Shown: positions 22,343-36,643, numbered from the whole stretch's first letter. The stretch is 63,688 bases of DNA, filler included, from Octopus bimaculoides (GCF_001194135.2; 7 parts of 7 records of this genome joined end to end with filler, not necessarily neighbours in it), one strand, 5' to 3'. Numbers and translations are program-made. The notes: a model not told the origin generated them from the letters alone.

Positions 22343-23899
22343 CTAAAAATTAACTTACAAATGCAAGTGTTCCCCGGTTTCAAGCGCCACACTTCATGCT
22401 TGTAATTTTCTGGGTCATACATATAACAATCTCTCTCTNNNNNNNNNNNNNNNNNNNNNNNNNNNNNNNNNNNNNNNNNNNNNNNNNNNNNNNNNNNNNN
22501 NNNNNNNNNNNNNNNNNNNNNNNNNNNNNNNNNNNNNNNNNNNNNNNNNNNNNNNNNNNNNNNNNNNNNNNNNNNNNNNNNNNNNNNNNNNNNNNNNNNN
22601 NNNNNNNNNNNNNNNNNNNNNNNNNNNNNNNNNNNNNNNNNNNNNNNNNNNNNNNNNNNNNNNNNNNNNNNNNNNNNNNNNNNNNNNNNNNNNNNNNNNN
22701 NNNNNNNNNNNNNNNNNNNNNNNNNNNNNNNNNNNNNNNNNNNNNNNNNNNNNNNNNNNNNNNNNNNNNNNNNNNNNNNNNNNNNNNNNNNNNNNNNNNA
22801 ATGCATCGACTCTAAAGTTTATAGAGCCCTCACTGACATTCCCCCGCGTTGGGTGCCAGATATGCGAAGCCTATCCTTGTTTTTTGCTAAAGTTGAAGAC
22901 GCATATCGTAAAGCAAAAATCATGGAGTTAGTGTGCAACGATGATAAAAAATAAATATTTACATCTTAGACATTTGTGAACATCACTCATGAATAAAAAA
23001 TAATAATTTTAAATTCTCCCTTCATTTTTATTTCATCGACGGAATCGTTATCTAGTACTTGGAAAATGTATATTGGAGAAATTGTCCTTAAAAATATGCA
23101 TTATTATGAACTCGCTTAAAAGCTGTACCCGTTGTGGACTTCCAAATTAGCTGCTGCGGAGGGCAAGTTGGGCCTATGGTCCAAAATAATGATTATCTAA
23201 ATAGCATGACTATAATATGTCTATAACGCCTATATGCTCAGGTAGTGTTTCATCAGAGGTTAAGGTTGAATAAGAGTTAATTCCGTAATGCAATCATTCT
23301 GTTGGTCCAGTCCCTATATGAATTCAAACCGTTGGCTAATTAATCCCAAAGTTCTTATTTCGACGTAAAATTAACGAAACGAATGTCATTTATCTCCCCT
23401 TCATCTTTGACGTCATCTGACAAACATCAGCCGAGATGGCGTTTATCAGCCTATCTTTACCTGCTAGAAATAGCAACCCAAATGCTTTAAAATCAAACCT
23501 CAATGCTGGATGTTCAAGAAATAAATGAAGGACAGATTTTCAATCCCAGGATCATCCTGATTCCAAAATGGTATAATATGTCTATGTAGAGCAAATGTAG
23601 ACTGAGATACAGGGGTCCCAGACAGAGAGAATATCACGTTTATTATTATAGACGTTAGGAGATAAAAATAACAAGGATTTGTCAGTAAGTTATAATATAC
23701 TTCGTCATGCGGCTGTTGTTAAGAATCTTGCTTCCCAACCATGCAAAACTGGGTTTATCTCTATGGTACGCTCGCTTGGACAAGTGGCTTCTTCTACAGC
23801 CACGACAAGAGCAAAACCTTGACAGACGGAAACAGATAGAAGCCTGTCATAATTCATATATGCATACATAAACACATGCGTACGTAGTACCAGTTGAGT

Positions 23900-24400
23900 A
23901 TCGGGGTCGATGTAGTCGACTTACTCCTTTCCCTTAAGAATTGCTTACTTTGTGACAAAATTTGGAACCGATTTTTTTGTCTTCGTTAAATCGGAGGACT
24001 AGCAGAATAGTTAGCACGGAAGCAAAATGCTTAGTGGTATTTCGTCTGTCTTTACGATCAGTGTTCAAATTCCATCGAGGTTTGCCTTTAACTTTCATTA
24101 TTTTGGGCTCGATAAAGTAAGTAGCAGTTGAGCATTGGAATCGACGTGTTCAACTCCTCCCTTGCCCACCCTAAAAAAAAAAAAAAATGCTTGCCTTATG
24201 GTAAAATTTGAAACCGATATTTTCGTCTTCGATTAGTGGGTTCCCTAGCAGAATCATCGGAAAGACGGCATTTCGTATGTCTTTACGTTCTGAGTTCAAA
24301 TTATGCCGAGGTCGACTTTGCCTTTCATCTTTTCTGCTTCGATAAAAAAAAGTACCAGTTGAATTCTAGGGTTCATCTGATCAACAAATCGACTGCCCAC
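23900..24400 (+). mobile_element. Cluster of truncated SINE copies (second family)
   Basis: Repeated GAAATGCTTAG.GGTATTTCGTC..TTTACGTTCTGAGTTCAAAT..GAGGTCGACTTTGCCTTTCATC blocks, also seen at ~17050-17870, 39130-39320, 55880-56070, 57150-57530 and 60840-61150. Confidence 0.75.
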
Positions 24401-25821
24401 TCACAGCAAACAAGCAGATGTGCTCGTACACGCTATACACATATATGTCACTCTGTGACTTTGCCTTGAATAAGAGTCTGTACTACAGCACTGCAATCAT
24501 CCCTGACATAATTTCACAAGGAACTGTATAGGAGTGCACGATTAATGCTAGCTTCTTTTTTCATGCAGATGAGTATATGAGTTACGATATGTTTTTCATT
24601 TTAATTCCATGGTAATTACATGACAAAACTTCTATGTTATTATTTGCCTTTATTGAATGATCATATGGTATTATAGACTCTATTGACTGAGACAATTACT
24701 CGGCCTTATTTTCGTTCCTTTGAAATATTACATAATTTCCTAGATTTCTACTTTTTTCCTCTTCAATCATGAAATATTCTTGTTACCATACTCCTTGCTG
24801 TGTCATATTAGTTAGGTTAGAGAAATGTCCACTATTTGCTATAATTAGCTATCATTATATACACTAATATTTTTATTGATATTTTTTTCCCTTTCTATAC
24901 GCATGCATAATGGATTAAGATGTGTCACCGGAAAGGAGTAAAGAAAAAAAAATCGCAGAAAATCGACAATGTCGTTATTGGCAAAAATGAAATGAAAACA
25001 ATCTAAGACGTTACAAAGAAAGGAAAATATGGTAAGAATAAAACCTGCCAATTTGAAAATCCTAACGTGAATGAAAACAATTTGTTCCTGCTAATGAAGA
25101 TGGTGTTGTGGAGATTATTCGAAAAATAAATAAAATTTCTAGAGAAGAGTAATTGGTGAGCACTAATGAAGATAATATTGCAGGGAAGTGATCGAGGTTT
25201 GTCTTTAAATTTTATTTGTTGCTTGTTCCATTCATTGGACAGCAGCCATGGTGAGGCACCGTCTTTCTTTTTAGTGGAAAAAAGAGAGTTGAAATCAGTA
25301 CTTAATTTATATTGTCTGGCACATGGTTTTCTTATACTCATTTAACGAATCGCTACGATACTGGGATGTAAATAAACCAACAATGGTAAACAAGCGCTGG
25401 CCAAGGCGGGGAAAGTGCAAACACAAATACATTCATATCATATTCTTTTACTCTTTTATTTCTTTTAGTCATTTGGCTGCGGCCATTCTGGAGCGCCGCC
25501 CTCAAAAATATATATGCGCATATACACATATGTACACACATATACATACTTACACACGTATATATATATATATATATNNNNNNNNNNNNNNNNNNNNNNN
25601 NNNNNNNNNNNNNNNNNNNNNNNNNNNNNNNNNNNNNNNNNNNNNNNNNNNNNNNNNNNNNNNNNNNNNNNNNNNNNNNNNNNNNNNNNNNNNNNNNNNN
25701 NNNNNNNNNNATATATGTATATATATATATATATATATATGTATACATATACAGGGAATAATTAAATGTATATATATACATATATATATATGTATATATA
25801 TATATACACACACACACACAC

Positions 25822-25891
<70 letters not shown>

Positions 25892-27389
25892 ATATATATG
25901 TAATCCAAACAACTCCAGTTCCGATTATTAGAATTAATAGATTATTGAATTTAGCTCCGACGAGTTGTAACTTACATACATATAGTTAGGACATAATTAC
26001 TTAGACTTAAAATAGGATTAATCATAATGAAAATTTGACTAAATCAAGGGGTAATGCATATGTATATTCCCGTCGAGGGTACAATGTGCTGCAAATCACC
26101 TTATGTCTCCTGGAGTATTGTATAACTTACGTTAAACCGTGTCATTCATACAAATTTACGTCTATATTGCAGATGTTCAAAGAAATCTTTAGTCACATTA
26201 GGTTACGTTTAAATGCAAATACATACTCCGAATCTTCTGTACAAGATCTTTTATGAGTATTTTGATTACTTAAGCATTTATATACAGCAGATCACCTCAC
26301 TTTTGAAACGGATATTTAGAACATATATCTTATTCTGATAATGTTTATTGAAAAGCTCTTCACTTACCAAAATGTTTTACAATTTTTCTCCAAAAAATAT
26401 GTTTGAGATTATTATTTGAGTTTCAGAATTGCTAATTGATTGATTTTTTTTATTTTTATTCTATCGAAATTAAAATATATTCCTCAAATACATTACAATT
26501 ACTTATCAACAAAACATAAATAACGGTATTGTTTTACTTAACAAAGACCATTTTTTTTAACAGGTCTTATCTCAGATTCCATTTATTCAAATTGAAACCC
26601 GAGAAATACAATGAAACCATGTATTCTATATATTTTCTAACATTCAAAAGAATATCGCTTCATATTGTTCAAGCAGCCATTCCATTTAATAGAGATTACC
26701 ATGTCACATTTAGATGCAGATCATCTGAGGCTGTTGGAGAAGCTGTTTCATGAGTACAGCTATTAGGCAAACATTTAAGCAAGTGTGGTTGGGTGTGGTA
26801 AGAAGTTTACTTCCCAGCCACATGGTTCCAGGTTCAGTCCCATTGTGTGGAACCTCCCGCAAGTGTCTTCTACTATAGCCGCAGGCCGCCCGAGGTCTCG
26901 CATATGGATTTGTAGAAAGAGAAGCTGGTGAAGCACGTTATATATGTATATCTATCTATCTATCTATCTATCTATACATATATATATATATANNNNNNNN
27001 NNNNNNNNNNNNNNNNNNNNNNNNNNNNNNNNNNNNNNNNNNNNNNNNNNNNNNNNNNNNNNNNNNNNNNNNNNNNNNNNNNNNNNNNNNNNNNNNNNNN
27101 NNNNNNNNNNNNNNNNNNNNNNNNNNNNNNNNNNNNNNNNNNNNNNNNNNNNNNNNNNNNNNNNNNNNNNNNNNNNNNNNNNNNNNNNNNNNNNNNNNNN
27201 NNNNNNNNNNNNNNNNNNNNNNNNNNNNNNNNNNNNNNNNNNNNNNNNNNNNNNNNNNNNNNNNNNNNNNNNNNNNNNNNNNNNNNNNNNNNNNNNNNNN
27301 NNNNNNNNNNNNNNNNNNNNNNNNNNNNNNNNNNNNNNNNNNNNNNNNNNNNNNNNNNNNNNNNNNNNNNNNNNNNNNNNNNNNNNNNN

Positions 27390-27437
<48 letters not shown>

Positions 27438-28137
27438 TGGGGGAGGGAGATAGATAGATAGATAGATAGAAAGATAGATAGATAGGTATACGTATATAAC
27501 GGGCTTCTTTATTTTTTATTCTTTCCTTCTTTCTATCAGCCCTTTCACGCTTACTTCGTTCATTCCACTCTACGTTCTTTCGTAACTTAGCGGGCCGGCA
27601 AAACACACCGATATTGCAAGTACCAGTGTTAAAAATAAGCACTGGGTCGGCATTTTTCGATTACAACCTCCAAAGATGTGTTCCAGCAAGGCCGCAGTCC
27701 AATGACTAAAACAAATAAAAGATGAAAAATAAAAGATGTATACATGTGAGAGATTGAGCGTGTGTGTGTGTGTGTGTGCTTGCGTGTGTAAGTGTGCATG
27801 TATGTGCGTGTGTTCTTGTTATTGTACTTGTTATTATAATTGTCGCCCTCCCATCGCTTGGTAATTACCATTGGTTTGTCTGTCTGTATTTGTCCCCAAC
27901 CATCATCACTTGACAACCTATGTTGGTGTTTACGTTCCCGTAACTTAGCGGTTCTGCAAAAGAAAAAACGATAGAATTAGCACTGGGGTCGATTTGCTCG
28001 ACTATAGGCGGAGCTCCATCATGGCCGCAGTCAAATGACTGAAACAAGTAAAGGAATAAAAGAATATAATCTTATTTATGAAACGTTTTGTTCAACCTAG
28101 CCATGACTTTTCATGAGCATAATGTTGTTTCAATGTA

Positions 28138-28264
28138 CAGGCTGTCCACAAAGTCTGGGTACATGGGGATTAGTACATACTTTAAGAAATTATTATTTCT
28201 TAAATTTAATTGTTTATATCATGATTTTATTTACTTCATGTACCCAGATTTTGTTGACACCCTG
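28138..28264. mobile_element. 127-bp Tc1/mariner-type MITE
   Basis: TA|CAGGCTGTCCACAAAGTCTGGGTACATG ... CATGTACCCAGATTTTGTTGACACCCTG|TA (imperfect TIRs, TA TSD). Confidence 0.85.
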
Positions 28265-30030
28265 TAGAGTACTGGATATTTCTACAGAAAATGTCTTACG
28301 AGTAGAGTGGTTAATTAACTATTGCTATAGCTGGTTTCACCTTACACAAGAGTGACAGCAACATTTCAAGTTGTCCATTGGCTCATGTCTTATGAGGAAT
28401 CATGGTGTTCCTGCATATTCTGAAATAGTGGCAATTCTCTCTAGACCAGCTGGGAAATGGTTATACATATTAATATTGCGGCACTGATCTATGTAAACAT
28501 CATCAAGCCTTGCAATGAATTAGCCGACTGGATCAGGATTATAATCCATTGTACAGGCTTGTTTTGTTCCCAAAGGGGAGACATATTTTGGGACATGATT
28601 GTCATGGATGTTGATAATAAACTGAATGCAGCAATTGTTATTTAAACAGCTTGATGTATCAAATATCAATAATTACGAAATGTTTATATAGGGAAGAAAT
28701 ATTATCACATGAGTACATTAAGAGCTCTCGGAGAGCGGTTAAAAAGGATAGCCCCAATGGGTTTAGAAAGAAGCGCTAGGAATTGATGCTGAATGGTGTC
28801 AAAGCTTCGTGAAACAAAGGGATGGCTCTTTGTGACGTGTGGTTCCATTTTCATATATTACTAAACCGATCTTCTAAAAATTCTGAAAAAAAAAGATGGC
28901 GAGTGTTAATTCAGTAAATAGGTAAATAATGAGCATTTTTAAAGCAGAAAATAATTGATTGCTGCAATGGTAAATATTATTGCAAAGTTATCCAGTGGAT
29001 TTCCTAAATATCTTTGACTCTCTTGGGAGCCTGGAACAAAGATTGTGTTATAATGCTTTTAAAAAAGCTTATGGCTCTTTGCAATAGAACAAGATCTCAT
29101 GAAGTGGGGGACATTATAGCTGAAGATGAAAATCATGCAAGAAGATGTCTAAGCTACATCATTCTGATGGCTAGAAAAACTGCGATCGTAGATATGCTCA
29201 CACAAGGCTGAGATGGTGCTAAATGCCCTCATCCTTAACGTTATCATCACCACCACCACCGCCACCACCACCACCGNNNNNNNNNNATCGCACTCACCAT
29301 ATTAGATGTCATCGTGTGTCAGCTCCATCTAATATGGTGAGTGCGATGGAATGTGTAAGATGGGAGAAACTATTACAAAGAGATGAAATTGTATGGGTTG
29401 AGGATAAAAGGCAGGATCCAGATATTGTAAAACCATGTACGGCATTCTCTCGCGGGAAGCTCAAAAAATTGTACATATATCGTAAATGGTTGCCTCTTAA
29501 ATATAACTCCGATATTGTAGTTTCCATAGGAACTGCAATATTGAATTATATTTCGTCCTCTTATATGTCTCGGACACAAACAGGAATTGAAGTCCTATGC
29601 CGTGAAATATTTCTTTACCACACTGTGTGTAATTTAGTAACCCGGGATATATAGACATTATGATTTTCTGAAACGGAAAGAAGACAAAGGAGATAATATT
29701 TCTTCACCCTTTCTTCGTATGCGTTCGTGTCTTTAGATTGCATAAGAATTTCATTTGTAAATTTTTGCTGATCACCGGTGCGTCTCGGAGTCAAAGCGCC
29801 ATAATATACCCCCTGATGTAAAAATAGTTTCTGGCACATGGAACTCAATTTGGTAAACTTAGCAATTTAGTTAACCGGTCTATATAGACAGTGTGAGTTT
29901 CCAGATGAAGAATATACGAACAGAATATATTTCCTTAACCCTATACACCTCGTTGATATTTACATTAATACTTATAATACTTATCTAAATCGGCAGTTGT
30001 TCTGCCAAACCAACTCTTCATAACTACGTG

Positions 30031-30284
30031 CTATTTATATTTGATCGGTGGATTTGATGACAATGATAAAGAATCTGGGACAGGTGATTCGCTATCGATC
30101 TTTGTCTCATAAGAAATGTATAGGAACTCTGCTGGAGATACTGTAGCAGGTGAACCAATATCGACCTTTTTCTTTTTCTCATGAGGAACGTATAAGAACT
30201 CTGTAACAGATTCTGAGGCAGGTGTTCTACTATTGATCTTTCTCTCGTAAGAAATGTATCGGAACTCAATTGTATATTCAGGGA
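30031..30284 (-). CDS. Candidate terminal exon C with three ~22-24 aa repeats (not in the ORF track)
   Basis: TAATCAG|TC (phase 1) then PEYTI-EFRYISYERKINSRTPASESVT-EFLYVPHEKKKKVDIGSPATVSPA-EFLYISYETKIDSESPVPDSLSLSSNPPIKYK-stop. Repeat periods of 66 and 72 nt are multiples of 3. Confidence 0.6.
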
Positions 30285-30641
30285 CTGATTACGCATGGAC
30301 ACTTTAGATACATAGATATATATCACGCAAGTTTTCTATGATCTTCTCTTTCTTACCCTGTGGCTTTCTCTCACTCTCCTTTTCACTTCCCCTCTATGTC
30401 TCTCTCACTCTCTCTATTCTCTCGCTCTCTGTCACTGTCTCTGTTTATATTAATGGGATTTTCACATCCTAAGACATTCACTCTGTATTAATTTGCTGTA
30501 CACTCCATTTCTCACTTTCATTAAGCCTTCCCTTTTCTCTCATATAATCTCTCTAACTCTCACTTTCATTTTTCTCCACCTCTCTCACTTGGTGGCTTTA
30601 CGGTTCTATAGCTCTCTCTGAAATGCATATATATATATATA

Positions 30642-30741
30642 NNNNNNNNNNNNNNNNNNNNNNNNNNNNNNNNNNNNNNNNNNNNTTAATTAATTAANNN
30701 NNNNNNNNNNNNNNNNNNNNNNNNNNNNNNNNNNNNNNNNN
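30642..30741. other. Artificial scaffold-joining spacer
   Basis: 44 N + TTAATTAATTAA (30686-30697) + 44 N. Confidence 0.95.
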
Positions 30742-31500
30742 GGGAAGAACTTCGTAGCCAAGTTCCCTCAACTTCTGGAGCGTCATTAGCGAAACGTGTG
30801 GTCGAGCATTGTCATGACCTCTTCTGTTGACCAGTTTGGGACGGAGTAGCAGCTTTTCGTTCATTTTGGCAATTACATGGCAATATATTTCTGCAGTAAT
30901 CGTTTTGCCAGGTTTTAAGAAGTCATAGTGAATGAGAACCAAAAGTACACCACCAAACAGTCACCATAACCTTATTTTTGAAGATCTCGGGTTTAGGGAA
31001 GGTTCTCGATGCTTCATTTTGGTCCAACCACTGTGAAGAGCGTTTTTCTATTATTGTACAGAATCCTCTTTCCATCGCAAGTTACAATACGGTTGGGAAA
31101 TGGATCGGTTTGGTTACGGAGAAGAAGCGACGAGCAGATCTCATATCTGCGCATTTTCTGATTTTCATTCAGATCGTGTGGTACCCATTTGTCGAGCTTT
31201 CTTGATTTTCCGATCGCATGCAAATGGTTGCAGGCAGTTTTCTGGTTAACTTGAAGTTCTTTTGCCAGTTTTAGAGTGGTTTTACGTGGATCTTTCTCAA
31301 TGACGGTCTTTAATTCACCGTCATCGTTGACAGATGGGCGTCCATTACGCACACGATCATCAAGCTTTCAGTGCGAAATCGCTTAAACCATTTTCGAGCT
31401 GACCACTCACTGGTCATTTCCTCACCAAACGTTTCGTTGATATCGTGAGCAGTTTCACTTGCTTTACGTCTTTTTTTGAAGTTCAATTGCAAAATTGCTC
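30742..31500 (-). mobile_element. Mariner (Mos1/Hsmar-like) transposase relic
   Basis: FKKRRKASETAHDINETFG, GRPSVNDDGELK, KLDKWVPHDL, IVTCDGKRILYNN, HDNARPHVS; broken by stops and frameshifts. Confidence 0.9.
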
Positions 31501-32409
31501 GACTATCGCGCAAACCCACACACTGATGCACACACATAGTTACACACACTCATATATACACTCATACGCGCACACATGTATGCGTACAAACACACACACA
31601 CACGACAGGGGTGTATTATTGAATGGTTTTTATTGATTTAAAAGGGAACGTTTTACCTAATGAAGCATGAAGTTATATTCGGGTGCAACATAACCGACCG
31701 GGTACGGGTGGGCTGCTTCTGGGTACGGCTGTTTATCAAGAAGACACTTGTAAGTTGTTTGTAAACTTTGAAGGAATGATGACTAAATTAAGGTGGAATC
31801 CACTCTTTGAACCCTGGATCACTTCTGACCGATCTCTGATGACAGGGGTTCTGAACATGATCTTCCTGTCTGTCTTCAAAGAGAGTAAGTTAGAATTAGA
31901 GTAAAGCGAGAAGCTATTTCTAGCAGGTAGACCAACTCCGAAGTGGTTTCCTCGTGTGCACAACACAACTGGTTTGTTATATCGCAATGCCGCGTTCAAT
32001 ACCGTTGAACGGAAGGCGATCCCTCTCCCGACCCACCGTCGCGAAAAGTCTCATCGGCTTTTGTTCTTGACACACCTGAGAAAATGCCATGAATGGACTT
32101 TCTATGGCCATAGATGTGCTGGTCAAGGGCTAGGCTGGGGCGAAACAACCCCTACAACAACGCTCTGTTGGGTTTCTACGATCCAAGGTTATGAGACAAT
32201 AGAAAGCCTTAAAAATTGTTACAGATTGGTTCAGGTTTGGAAAGGTAAGTTTGGGTGTGAGTTTATCGTACGGATGTCATAAGGGGACACGGTCTCAGCG
32301 GGACTCGGTAGTATTTGAAACTGGATCACCGGCCGTGGGATTACTTTCTGATGTTTGCTTCCAGAATGAATGGGTCATGCCGACCCTTTCTTTGAAATAA
32401 ATTTAAACT

Positions 32410-33065
32410 GGCGCAGGACTAGTTGTGTGGTAAGAGGCTTGCTTTCCAACTACATGGTCCCGGGTTCAGTACCACTGCGTGGAACCTTGGGTAAGTGTCT
32501 TCTACTATAGCCTCGAACCAACCAAGGCCTGCTGAGTAGATCTGATGGACGGAAATTGAAAGAAACCCGTCGTATGTATGTGTATATANNNNNNNNNNNN
32601 NNNNNNNNNNNNNNNNNNNNNNNNNNNNNNNNNNNNNNNNNNNNNNNNNNNNNNNNNNNNNNNNNNNNNNNNNNNNNNNNNNNNNNNNNNNNNNNNNNNN
32701 NNNNNNNNNNNNNNNNNNNNNNNNNNNNNNNNNNNNNNNNNNNNNNNNNNNNNNNNNNNNNNNNNNNNNNNNNNNNNNNNNNNNNNNNNNNNNNNNNNNN
32801 NNNNNNNNNNNNNNNNNNNNNNNNNNNNNNNNNNNNNNNNNNNNNNNGTGTGTGTGTGTGTGTGTGTGTGTGCGTGTGTGTGTATGCTTGTACTCTGTCA
32901 CTACTTGACAACCGATCTCAGTATGTTTACGTGTCCTGGATTTAGCGGTTCGGCAAAAGACACCGAAAGAATAAGTACAGGGGTCAATATATTCGACTAA
33001 AATTCTTCGCAGTGATGCGCCAGCATGGCCGCTGTCTAATGACTAAAGCAAGTAAAAGATAAAAG
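32410..33065 (+). mobile_element. tRNA-derived SINE with internal (TA)n/(TG)n tract and gap
   Basis: Same head and tail as the SINE at 19008. Confidence 0.8.
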
Positions 33066-33411
33066 ATACAAAGAAAATGCTTACTTTACTCCGACCATGC
33101 CATTCGCTCCTGTATATTTAATCTTGGAATGGCTTTCGTCTCTACCATGTAATGTAACCATTTCTTACCATCAGAGTAAAAAGGTTGATAACATTTAAAT
33201 CGCTGCCGACCCAACCGTGACATCAGATTCGAGGTTGAAGCGAGCATCATCAGCAACGTTTTTACCAATGTCTCTTGAGTCTCAAAGACTGTCCAATTCC
33301 TCAAGGAATTCGTCTGATCGAAGACAATATGGTCGCTTTGTTTAGTCTTCCATATTTGGAAAAGCTTCAAACGTTTTCTTATAAAATTGCATTCAATTAT
33401 GCATGCATGTC

Positions 33412-33494
<83 letters not shown>

Positions 33495-35202
33495 ATATCT
33501 ACATATATATATCTTATATGAGCGTAAGTATGTACAACTGTATGCAGGTATGAATATCAGTGTGTGTATATGTTAATATATCACCATGTGTATAAATATG
33601 TACACATAGTTATAACCATGTGCGTGTGTGCGTGCGTCTGTGTGTGTGTGTGTGTGTGTGTGTGCATGTGAGTGTGTATAAATATATATATATAAATAAT
33701 TTTATGCATATATATATGTATACGTAAATTTGTAGACATAATGTACACGAAAACACTTGCTCACACACATACATTGCTCGACAGTAAATGCAAGGTTTAA
33801 GTGCCGGATAATATACATACATATATACATATATGTATATACATGCATATAAACATACACACATATATATACACACACACACACGCACATAATTATATAT
33901 NNNNNNNNNNNNNNNNNNNNNNNNNNNNNNNNNNNNNNNNNNNNNNNNNNNNNNNNNNNNNNNNNNNNNNNNNNNNNNNNNNNNNNNNNNNNNNNNNNNN
34001 NNNNNNNNNNNNNNNNNNNNNNNNNNNNNNNNNNNNNNNNNNNNNNNNNNNNNNNNNNNNNNNNNNNNNNNNNNNNNNNNNNNNNNNNNNNNNNNNNNNN
34101 NNNNNNNNNNNNNNNNNNNNNNNNNNNNNNNNNNNNNNNNNNNNNNNNNNNNNNNNNNNNNNNNNNNNNNNNNNNNNNNNNNNNNNNNNNNNNNNNNNNN
34201 NNNNNNNNNNNNNNNNNNNNNNNNNNNNNNNNNNNNNNNNNNNNNNNNNNNNNNNNNNNNNNNNNNNNNNNNNNNNNNNNNNNNNNNNNNNNNNNNNNNN
34301 NNNNNNNNNNNNNNNNNNNNNNNNNNNNNNNNNNNNNNNNNNNNNNNNNNNNNNNNNNNNNNNNNNNNNNNNNNNNNNNNNNNNNNNNNNNNNNNNNNNN
34401 NNNNNNNNNNNNNNNNNNNNNNNNNNNNNNNNNNNNNNNNNNNNNNNNNNNNNNNNNNNNNNNNNNNNNNNNNNNNNNNNNNNNNNNNNNNNNNNNNNNN
34501 NNNNNNNNNNNNNNNNNNNNNNNNNNNTATATATATATGTATGTATGTATGTATAACTGTGTGTGTTTATGTATTTCATATGCGCATTGATTATGTGAAC
34601 ACGCACAAACTGAAGCTAGACATGCACAGGCGCGTGCACACACACACACACCCGCGCGCACACACGTAGCCGTCTGTTACGTGCACCGTTTGAAGAGCAG
34701 GCAGCCACATACATATTTGGGTTGTCAGCGGAGAGTTAGACAGCAGCAACTCAAAGTATTGTTAAGTGACCTGCAATATGGCTAGGGTCAGATTTAGAAA
34801 CTGGATCGATATATGAAATAGTGTGGTCATTGGCGGCGGAGGCGGCGACGGCGGTGGTGAGGCCAGTCCATACGGTTTGGTCACTGCTACAAGGACAGTG
34901 GTGATGTCGGCAAAGGCCGGACTGGCCATACATTTTTCTCGTCTATTTCTGCGTCTTTTCTCGTGTTTCTCTGATAAAAATAGTCTTCTTTATCAATTTC
35001 CTTTTATACTATTGCTTGTGTGCACCGCCGCCACCAAATATAGAACCACCGCCGCCGCCACCGCCACTATCATCACTACCTCTATTAACACCACCACCAA
35101 CACCACCATCATCATCATCACCGTTACATCACCATTCCCGCCATCTCAACGGCTCCTGAATTTAATGATAATAATGGTGATGATGATGATAGTGATGATG
35201 AA

Positions 35203-35235
<33 letters not shown>

Positions 35236-35372
35236 AGTGATGATGATGATGATCATGGTTGGGTCGATGGTGGTGGTGGTGGTGTTGGGGATGCTGGTGA
35301 GATTTCGGCTACTGTCTCAAATCAGTTCATTTTCGCACCAATCTTAACCGATTTTGTCTGTCTACTGTAGCG

Positions 35373-35438
<66 letters not shown>

Positions 35439-36033
35439 ATATCTATTTATCTATCTACCTGTCTGTCTGTCTATCTATAAGTATATATNNNNNNNNNNNN
35501 NNNNNNNNNNNNNNNNNNNNNNNNNNNNNNNNNNNNNNNNNNNNNNNNNNNNNNNNNNNNNNNNNNNNNNNNNNNNNNNNNNNNNNNNNNNNNNNNNNNN
35601 NNNNNNNNNNNNNNNNNNNNNNNNNNNNNNNNNNNNNNNNNNNNNNNNNNNNNNNNNNNNNNNNNNNNNNNNNNNNNNNNNNNNNNNNNNNNNNNNNNNN
35701 NNNNNNNNNNNNNNNNNNNNNNNNNNNNNNNNNNNNNNNNNNNNNNNNNNNNNNNNNNNNNNNNNNNNNNNNNNNNNNNNNNNNNNNNNNNNNNNNNNNN
35801 NNNNNNNNNNNNNNNNNNNNNNNNNNNNNNNNNNNNNNNNNNNNNNNNNNNNNNNNNNNNNNNNNNNNNNNNNNNNNNNNNNNNNNNNNNNNNNNNNNNN
35901 NNNNNNNNNNNNNNNNNNNNNNNNNNNNNNNNNNNNNNNNNNNNNNNNNNNNNNNNNNNNNNNNNNNNNNNNNNNNNNNNNNNNNNNNNNNNNNNNNNNN
36001 NNNNNNNNNNNNNNNNNNNNNNNNNNNNNNNNN

Positions 36034-36255
36034 ATCCACAACTTTCTCTCACTCTCTCTTTCTGTTTCTGTTGTACCTGTATTTCAAAAGGACCAGCCTT
36101 GTCACTCTGTGTCACGCTGAATATCCCCGAGAACTACGTTAAGGGTACACGTGTCTGTGGAGTGCTCAGTCACTTGCACGTTAATTTCACGAGCAAGCTG
36201 CTCCGTTGATTGTATCAACTGGAACCCTCGTCGTCGCAACGGACGGAGTGCCACG
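36034..36255 (+). mobile_element. Partial SINE (third family; head lost in gap)
   Basis: Reverse-complement match to 40305-40530. Confidence 0.75.
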
Positions 36256-36583
36256 ACGATACGACCATATATATATATATATATATATATACTCTAAGCA
36301 GGGTGAAATCACGTGATCTGGCAGTTCGCGAGTGCGAAGCAGATGGTTGTCGTCGGTCATCGATATAAGCAAGAGTGCTTTGATGTAACGCGAGTTCACA
36401 TGAGAGATTCCCTCATGGTTAATGACGCAGTATTCGGTTTTCTAACACAACCTCCGCTCTTAAGTTGGCGATAAGGATTGCCTTTTGGCATTGATGCTGT
36501 TTCTGTTGCCATTAATCGCATATATATCTGTGTGTGTACGTGTGTGTCAGTGTATATGCATATATGTATCTACATGTACATGA

Positions 36584-36643
<60 letters not shown>

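Noticed and set aside
29014-29654. ORFs 29014-29211 and 29223-29654
   Set aside because: No splice or family support. An alternate frame (VDFLNIFDSL) weakly resembles a decayed LINE RT.
30024-30326. Track ORF MIYIYVSK..SSYTFLMR
   Set aside because: It starts in AT-repeat sequence. The overlapping frame has a proper acceptor and resembles neighbouring exons, so this is probably the shadow frame.
34861-34927. Possible pre-miRNA hairpin (GGCCAGTCC/GGACTGGCC)
   Set aside because: Only the outer 9 bp and inner 6-7 bp pair, and large asymmetric bulges lie between them.
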